The notes below the pieces were generated by a model. That model had not been told where the DNA came from and did not search any database. It worked only from the letters and a program-made list of their open reading frames with translations. DNA of 42,269 nt from a virus. Lineage: Duplodnaviria > Caudoviricetes. Positions 37,638 through 42,269 of the stretch are shown here, piece by piece; within the stretch, counting starts at the first letter, position 1; each line of letters opens with the position of its first letter. Location: positions 1-42,269 of the IMG/VR virus record IMGVR_UViG_3300032103_000031. The stretch is one strand, 5' to 3'. Made by a program: the position numbers and the translations under genes.

Positions 37638-38099
37638 CTACTTGAGCACCACACTGAAATGCGTCTGGAAGCCGTCGCCACCAAGCTTGCACTCGTCAAT
37701 GCGCTGCTTGGCCTCTTCGACAGAGAGCTTCGTCAACTTGACGAGCAGGTTGAGCACAGCTTCCTCTGACAGCCGACGTGGGTTGCTGCGGTTGTCAGCC
37801 GTGACGATTGCAGTGCTGCTGTCATGCACGATGTGCTTGCCCTTGACGTTGGGCACCTTCATGTTCAGCAGCACTTCCCCACGTGCGCGTTGGTAGCGTT
37901 CCTCGGCTGCGTCGCGCACAGCTTTGGCGACGTATAGCTCCTGCGCATGCGCCGCATCTTCGTCATTGGGGATCGGCAGTCGAACACCAACTGCCGTGCC
38001 GATGCGCTGGACGCATTCGCTGATCTTGAGCGGCACTTCGGCGGTGATCGGCGTGTCGTCGTCGGTGCGTGAGGCAGTGCCTCGTGCGGACTTGGACAT
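37638..38099 (-). CDS. Hypothetical protein
   Basis: 153 aa, SD GGAG. Confidence 0.75.
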   Translation of the reverse strand: MSKSARGTASRTDDDTPITAEVPLKISECVQRIGTAVGVRLPIPNDEDAAHAQELYVAKAVRDAAEERYQRARGEVLLNMKVPNVKGKHIVHDSSTAIVTADNRSNPRRLSEEAVLNLLVKLTKLSVEEAKQRIDECKLGGDGFQTHFSVVLK

Positions 38100-38128
38100 T
38101 GTATTGCTCCGTTGTTGCGTGATGCCTC

Positions 38129-38219
38129 TGCTTGGGGTTCGTCATCAACAACGACAAGGCATGTGGCTAAATCATGCCTCCCTCTCATACGTTAGCCAGA
38201 CGTATGATACCCCCAAGCA
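38129..38219 (-). ncRNA. Putative structured RNA: four-way junction with complementary loops
   Basis: 9-bp closing stem, 8-bp and 8-bp hairpins with loops CUGGCUA and AUUUAGCCA, and a 6-bp hairpin whose G-U pairs form only on the - strand. Confidence 0.6.
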
Positions 38220-38223
38220 AAGC

Positions 38224-38298
38224 TGGTGCCGGGTGCAGGACTTGAACCTGCGACCTTCGTATTACAAATACGCTGCACTACCGCTGTGCTAACCCGGC
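38224..38298 (-). tRNA. tRNA-Thr(UGU) with encoded CCA
   Basis: GCCGGGU/ACCCGGC acceptor, GCAC/GUGC D-arm, loop UU-UGU-AA, T-arm GCAGG-UUCAAGU-CCUGC, ACCA end; 75 nt. Confidence 0.93.
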
Positions 38299-38304
38299 AG
38301 TGTT

Positions 38305-38402
38305 ATTGCAGTGATGAGGACACATCCTCACGCTTGGCCGTCAGGAACTCTTCTACGCTGACGAAACATACGCCGCAGACGCCCGTAATCTGCCACTGCA
38401 AT
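38305..38402 (-). ncRNA. Putative structured RNA: four-way junction
   Basis: Closing stem AUUGCAGUG/CACUGCAAU enclosing three hairpins. Confidence 0.5.
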
Positions 38403-38412
38403 GACCTAGGCT

Positions 38413-38514
38413 GGTGTTGGCGGGTGGCGTGGGTGGCTACAACCCCTCGCAGCATGTGCTTGCACTACTGCTGCCCCACTTTAATCCCGCGCGGCTAACC
38501 ACGCCGCCAACACC
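38413..38514 (-). ncRNA. Putative rod-like structured RNA at the transcription start
   Basis: GGUGUUGGCGG/CCGCCAACACC 11-bp terminal stem, CGUGG/CCACG, inner GCAGCA/UGCUGC. Confidence 0.5.
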
Positions 38515-38546
38515 ATTATAGTAGCACAGGTGCGGGGGTATGTCAA
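38515..38546 (-). promoter_or_regulatory. Strong sigma70 promoter for the ncRNA/tRNA cassette
   Basis: TTGACA-17 nt-TACTAT(AAT) with an extended TG. Confidence 0.8.
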
Positions 38547-38881
38547 CCCAGGTCCGCGTTGCCGGTGCCATCCGCGATCATGGACCGCAACACAGCGATG
38601 TTGTGCTGCTGGCGGAAGGTGTTGATCCACGCATCGGCCAGCAGATGCAACTCCGCGCCCTTGAGGTCCGTGCCGATGCGCTTGTGGTAGGCGTAGATGC
38701 GCCACTTGCCGCCATCCGCAGCATCGTATTCGATGGTGATGGACGGGTAGTTGTCGCCGTTCTGTTCCAGCACCGCCTCGATGCGCTTGCGCACATCATT
38801 GCAATGCGCACGGATGCTGTGTTCGACGGCGAGGTTGGCGTCGTCAGCGCCCATCTGCTTGTAGTAGTCGTCCATTGTCAT
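38543..38881 (-). CDS. Hypothetical early protein
   Basis: Start MTMDDY after GAAGGA, downstream of the promoter at 38925-38956. Confidence 0.7.
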   Translation of the reverse strand: MTMDDYYKQMGADDANLAVEHSIRAHCNDVRKRIEAVLEQNGDNYPSITIEYDAADGGKWRIYAYHKRIGTDLKGAELHLLADAWINTFRQQHNIAVLRSMIADGTGNADLG

Positions 38882-38924
38882 CGGTCCTTCCATGATGCAG
38901 CGTGGGCCAATCCCGTGCTGCGAG

Positions 38925-38956
38925 ATTATACTAGCACAATGTGTGTGTTGTGTCAA
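38925..38956 (-). promoter_or_regulatory. Strong sigma70 promoter
   Basis: TTGACA-17 nt-TAGTAT(AAT); shares TGTGCTA(C/G)TATAAT with the 38515 promoter. Confidence 0.8.
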
Positions 38957-39165
38957 CCATCGTCGTGTGGCAAGCTTTGGCCACATGCAGCGCAGTGTTC
39001 ATCTTGCTCTTGCGGATACGGCCCCTTGGGATAGTCATCACTATTCCAAGAGCTTTCGTTGTCAGGGTCGTAGCCTTCTGGCAGTGGCAGAGAGTCGCAT
39101 ATACCTCTCGTGCACAGACTGCAATACACGTCGGCTTGGTAGATATAGATGCTTGCCATGATCAT
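38953..39165 (-). CDS. Small acidic Zn-finger-like protein
   Basis: YCSLC...HCAACG; SD AAAGGA. Confidence 0.7.
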   Translation of the reverse strand: MIMASIYIYQADVYCSLCTRGICDSLPLPEGYDPDNESSWNSDDYPKGPYPQEQDEHCAACGQSLPHDDG

Positions 39166-39398
39166 GTGTCCTTTTCTGTTGTTTTGTGTGCAGCGCCTTG
39201 CACACGCAGGATTGCAATGTCGCCGTCTGCGCTCTCCGTCACACGGTCTATCTGCCCTGTGTCATAGAGATACAGATACGTGTGATGCTTGGTGTGTGGT
39301 GTGCCGTGCAGCCACACAAGCCAACCGTCATCTACACGTCGCACATGCAGATGCTTGGTCGGCTGGATGGGGAAGTCAGCTATTGTATTGATAGCCAT
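39162..39398 (-). CDS. Hypothetical early protein
   Basis: Start MAINT at 39398; coupled downstream. Confidence 0.6.
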   Translation of the reverse strand: MAINTIADFPIQPTKHLHVRRVDDGWLVWLHGTPHTKHHTYLYLYDTGQIDRVTESADGDIAILRVQGAAHKTTEKDT

Positions 39399-39618
39399 GA
39401 CGCTCAAGCATCCTGCGTGCGGCGTCATCGGTGTAGCCACACTTGTTCAGGAAGTAGAGCGTCCTAAACTTGTAGTTGGCTGCACGGAACATGCGGATGC
39501 TGGCAACGAGTGTTAGCTCGATGCCAGTCATCACAGCTTCGTCGGCTGCTGTGTCAAGCAGCCGCTTGAACATGTCGGCAGTGGCCTCGAAGTGCCGTTG
39601 CTCGAACAGTGACGCCAT
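39376..39618 (-). CDS. Hypothetical early protein
   Basis: MASLFEQRHFEATA...NYKFRTLYFLNKCG; SD GGAGG. Confidence 0.7.
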   Translation of the reverse strand: MASLFEQRHFEATADMFKRLLDTAADEAVMTGIELTLVASIRMFRAANYKFRTLYFLNKCGYTDDAARRMLERHGYQYNS

Positions 39619-39623
39619 TGTGT

Positions 39624-39812
39624 CTAGTCCCTCCACACAGATGACTGTTGCACGGCATCAGGATGAACGCCATGCTTGTCCGCGAATGCGCGGATCGTAG
39701 TTGCCAGAAGCATATACACTTCTGACTTGTTCGGCCCGCCGAAGCTGTGTGTCGCTTGGCAGAACGTGCCGTCTGGTCCAGTGACCGTCAATGTAATGGT
39801 GACACAAGGCAT
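39624..39812 (-). CDS. Hypothetical early protein
   Basis: Start MPCVT after AAGGTG, downstream of the promoter at 39910. Confidence 0.55.
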   Translation of the reverse strand: MPCVTITLTVTGPDGTFCQATHSFGGPNKSEVYMLLATTIRAFADKHGVHPDAVQQSSVWRD

Positions 39813-39909
39813 GAGCTCTACACCTTCTTCCGCTTGTTGTTGTTGGCTACAGCATATTGCAATGCGCTGTTGTGCTGTTTGCAAAGCACCATGCCGTGTG
39901 AACAGTTGT

Positions 39910-39938
39910 GTTATACCACGGGCCGAAGGCTGTGTCAA
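39910..39938 (-). promoter_or_regulatory. Sigma70 promoter
   Basis: TTGACA-17 nt-TATAAC with an extended TG. Confidence 0.75.
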
Positions 39939-40163
39939 CTAGCCCCACGCGAAGGCCGCGCGCACTGTTTTGTGGAAGTCATGTGTCTCCACATGCTGCC
40001 ACTGTATGCTGCCATCCGGCATTGCAATGCGCTTGAACACACAATACGCGCAGTCATCGAAGCGGCTCTTGTGCTTGGCCGCAGCACGTGCGACTGCGCG
40101 TGTGTCGTATTGGAACATCTTGCCACTGTCTTGCGGTTGGATCATCCACTTCTTCGTGTGCAT
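39939..40163 (-). CDS. Hypothetical early protein
   Basis: Start MHTKKW after AAAGGA. Confidence 0.65.
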   Translation of the reverse strand: MHTKKWMIQPQDSGKMFQYDTRAVARAAAKHKSRFDDCAYCVFKRIAMPDGSIQWQHVETHDFHKTVRAAFAWG

Positions 40164-40215
40164 GTGTGCGTTCCTTTCTTTAATCGTGTGCGTGAGTGTC
40201 GCTTGCTTGTTAGCG

Positions 40216-40467
40216 TTAGGCTTCCGGCGCTTCACCCCGCGCATGGCGCGCCGGAAGTCCAGCATCCCGCGCCAATCCTAGCGCGTCACACTGTTCATCT
40301 ACCCACACGCGGGCCTGTTCCAGTGTGCGTCCGGTGAAGCCACGGCTACGTGCTGCGGCTAGGACGTTGCGGCGGTTGAAGCTAGGCACGGCAAGGTGTA
40401 GGTAAATGGATGAACGCAGCGCCATCCACGATGCGAGGACAACTTGGTGTCCAACAAGTGTGGTCAT
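40216..40467 (-). CDS. Hypothetical early protein
   Basis: Start MTTLVG after GGAG. Confidence 0.55.
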   Translation of the reverse strand: MTTLVGHQVVLASWMALRSSIYLHLAVPSFNRRNVLAAARSRGFTGRTLEQARVWVDEQCDALGLARDAGLPARHARGEAPEA

Positions 40468-40554
40468 GCGTGGTGTGCTCCATTGTAATACGGAGTGTTG
40501 CGGATACCACTTGACTCGGCCCTTCATGCCCGTATGTCAAGCAGCGGGTGGCAG

Positions 40555-40591
40555 AAAAGCGAAGGGCGGCAAGGGTTTCCCCGTGCCGCCC
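40555..40591 (-). terminator. Rho-independent terminator
   Basis: GGGCGGCAcGG-GAAA-type GC stem followed by TTCGCTTTT on the - strand. Confidence 0.65.
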
Positions 40592-40616
40592 CTGCTTGCT
40601 TGTTTGCTGCGCCTAG

Positions 40617-40856
40617 CTACGCGGCCTTGCGCTCCTTGCCGATGATCTTCAGCGCCTCACGCACACGCTTGGCGGTGTCGCCACGCCAATGCGTCATGTT
40701 GTTGAGGATGTAGAGCGCCTGCACTCGCGCCTCATCGCCAGTCATGTGGCGACCGGCCTTGGCGTAGTTGACGGCGTAGTTGAGCGCACGCTCATTGGAA
40801 TGCCGGATGATGGTGTCGCAGCACTCCGCGAACGACATGTGTGCGGTGTTCGTCAT
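40617..40856 (-). CDS. Hypothetical early protein
   Basis: 79 aa, SD AAGGAGG, motif QALYILNNMTHWRGDTAKRVREALK. Confidence 0.8.
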   Translation of the reverse strand: MTNTAHMSFAECCDTIIRHSNERALNYAVNYAKAGRHMTGDEARVQALYILNNMTHWRGDTAKRVREALKIIGKERKAA

Positions 40857-40886
40857 TGCAATGCAGCCTCCTTCGCTGCGATTAGA

Positions 40887-40915
40887 AGCATGGCACGTGT
40901 GCAGTGTTATGTCAA
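40887..40915 (-). promoter_or_regulatory. Sigma70-type promoter
   Basis: TTGACA-17 nt-CATGCT between the terminator and the 40856 ORF. Confidence 0.6.
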
Positions 40916-40963
40916 ACGCATGTGCAAGATGCGGCTGTCATTGCAATGCGCAACACTGCGGAC

Positions 40964-40998
40964 AAAAAGAAAGGGCGGGATGCTTTCGCACCCCGCCC
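40964..40998 (-). terminator. Rho-independent terminator
   Basis: GGGCGGGGTGC-GAAA-GCATCCCGCCC followed by TTTCTTTTT. Confidence 0.85.
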
Positions 40999-41004
40999 CG
41001 GTTG

Positions 41005-41979
41005 TCACGGCGTCGCACGCTTGGCGTTGGCTTCCGCCGCATCGCCATCCGCCTTGTTGGCGCGGGAGATGGCCCGCACCATCATGGCGCGAAGATGCAT
41101 GTTCGTGGCGATGCTGTCAAGCAACGTCTGCCACGCTTCCGCATCCTTGCCAGTCGGCTTGTGCTTGTAGTCATCCTTGCCAGCCGCCACGCTCACCACG
41201 TCCGCCGCATCGCTGAACAAAGGCGGGCGGTTGCCGGGCGAAGCGTTGCCCTGCTGCCGCTGCTGACCGGCTTCCGTGCTGCCCTGCTGCTGCCCGGCAT
41301 TGCCGCCGTTTGCATCCGTGCTGCTGCCCGGTTGCCGCGCCGCACGCTGAGACGTGCGCCCAAGCACCTTGTTGGCAGCTTCGATGCAGGCCTGCATGGT
41401 CGGCGAGATGCGGACCATCTCCATTTCCGCATCATCATCATCGTCCGCCTTGCGCGCCGCAACGTGCAACGCGCCCTTTGTGCGAACAAACGTGACGTGC
41501 GGCATGGTGCCTTGCCTGTTCGGCACCGCCTCCATGTTTTCCGGCAGGAACCACACGACCGGCAAGCGCCACGCATCATCGCGCCACGTTGCCGCGAAGC
41601 CGTGCTTGTCTTGCAGCACCGCGAATGCGCCTAAGAGGCTAACCGCCTTCGTGAACATTGCAGCAAGCGCGCGCCGTTCATCCCGCACCTTGGCAGCTTG
41701 TAGCGCCGTCTTACAAACTTCCACAGCGGAACGGATACCGTCCGCGTCACACTCCGCAAGCATCAAGATGCGTTCACGGATACTCTTTGTGGCTTCCTCA
41801 GACTTCGCCCATTGCAGCATGGCCACCACGGGAGCGCCAAAACGCTCTTCGTTGCCAAGCAGCATTGCCACATGGTGCGCGATGCGCGCCGCCTTGCCTT
41901 CCGCCGCATCGGCGGCGTTCAACGCATCCCGTCCCGCGTTCAAGAGCACGTTGACGGGATCATTCGTCTTGTTCGTCAT
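41005..41979 (-). CDS. First early protein, Ala-rich hypothetical
   Basis: Start MTNKTND after GAAGGA; ~324 aa; flanked by promoters and a terminator. Confidence 0.75.
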   Translation of the reverse strand: MTNKTNDPVNVLLNAGRDALNAADAAEGKAARIAHHVAMLLGNEERFGAPVVAMLQWAKSEEATKSIRERILMLAECDADGIRSAVEVCKTALQAAKVRDERRALAAMFTKAVSLLGAFAVLQDKHGFAATWRDDAWRLPVVWFLPENMEAVPNRQGTMPHVTFVRTKGALHVAARKADDDDDAEMEMVRISPTMQACIEAANKVLGRTSQRAARQPGSSTDANGGNAGQQQGSTEAGQQRQQGNASPGNRPPLFSDAADVVSVAAGKDDYKHKPTGKDAEAWQTLLDSIATNMHLRAMMVRAISRANKADGDAAEANAKRATP

Positions 41980-42034
41980 CACTCTACATCCTTCCGATGC
42001 ATGCACCGCGTGACGTGACAACGCGGGATGCGCT

Positions 42035-42129
42035 GCCATACGTCACGTGATGCGGTTGTCAAAGAGCGGTGCCAGCGAAGCGAACCGCGCCGACAACCGC
42101 AACGTAGGGACGTGCAACGGCTATGTCAA
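42035..42129 (-). promoter_or_regulatory. Tandem early sigma70-type promoters
   Basis: TTGACA-17-TACGTT (42129-42101) and TTGACA-16-TATGGC (42062-42035). Confidence 0.6.
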
Positions 42130-42269
42130 GCGGTGCGGTGCGCTGCATTGCAATGACAGCAGCAGCAAGCATCACAAGCACGTCATGCGCATACACGCAT
42201 AGCAATGCACAAGTAACAACAAGCAAGCGCACGCAACGACAGGCGACAACGGCAGCAACAAGCACAGCA

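Noticed and set aside
38224-38298. tRNA as an attP/prophage integration site
   Set aside because: No integrase, repressor cassette or flanking host genes; the tRNA is internal to the phage early region.
38314-38370. Hammerhead ribozyme (CTGACGA on the + strand at 38358)
   Set aside because: No stem II followed by GAAA and a cleavage triplet in the required order, and it is on the strand opposite the promoter.

Overview
The window looks like a complete or near-complete ~42 kb genome of a lytic, podovirus-type tailed phage, in two arms. The + strand (296-24458) encodes TerS, a block of small virion genes, an M15 endolysin and holin, TerL, portal, scaffold, major capsid, tail adaptor and nozzle, a beta-helix tailspike, a GNAT protein and four ejection proteins. 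The - strand (41979-24452) encodes small early genes under sigma70-type promoters, tRNA-Thr(UGU), MazG, a PD-(D/E)xK nuclease, a Sak4-like ATPase, an SSB-like protein, an RHH regulator, a RecD/Dda helicase, a dNMP kinase, a UDG-fused family A DNA polymerase, two HNH endonucleases and a DUF3987-type helicase. I found no integrase, RNA polymerase or recognisable primase. Three observations stand out. (1) The polA gene is split just before motif A by a 146-nt insert that almost exactly spans a hidden 48-aa Cys-rich ORF. Matched GAA codons flank the insert and a hairpin covers the stop, so this is either ribosomal bypass or a two-subunit polymerase. (2) A promoter-driven ~390-nt non-coding cassette holds three structured RNA modules around the tRNA, one of them a four-way junction with complementary kissing loops. 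(3) The 10-bp (near-)palindrome CATTGCAATG/CATTACAATG/CATTGTAATG occurs at least 16 times, often forming start codons. All product calls come from motif recognition and synteny by eye; no database search was run.
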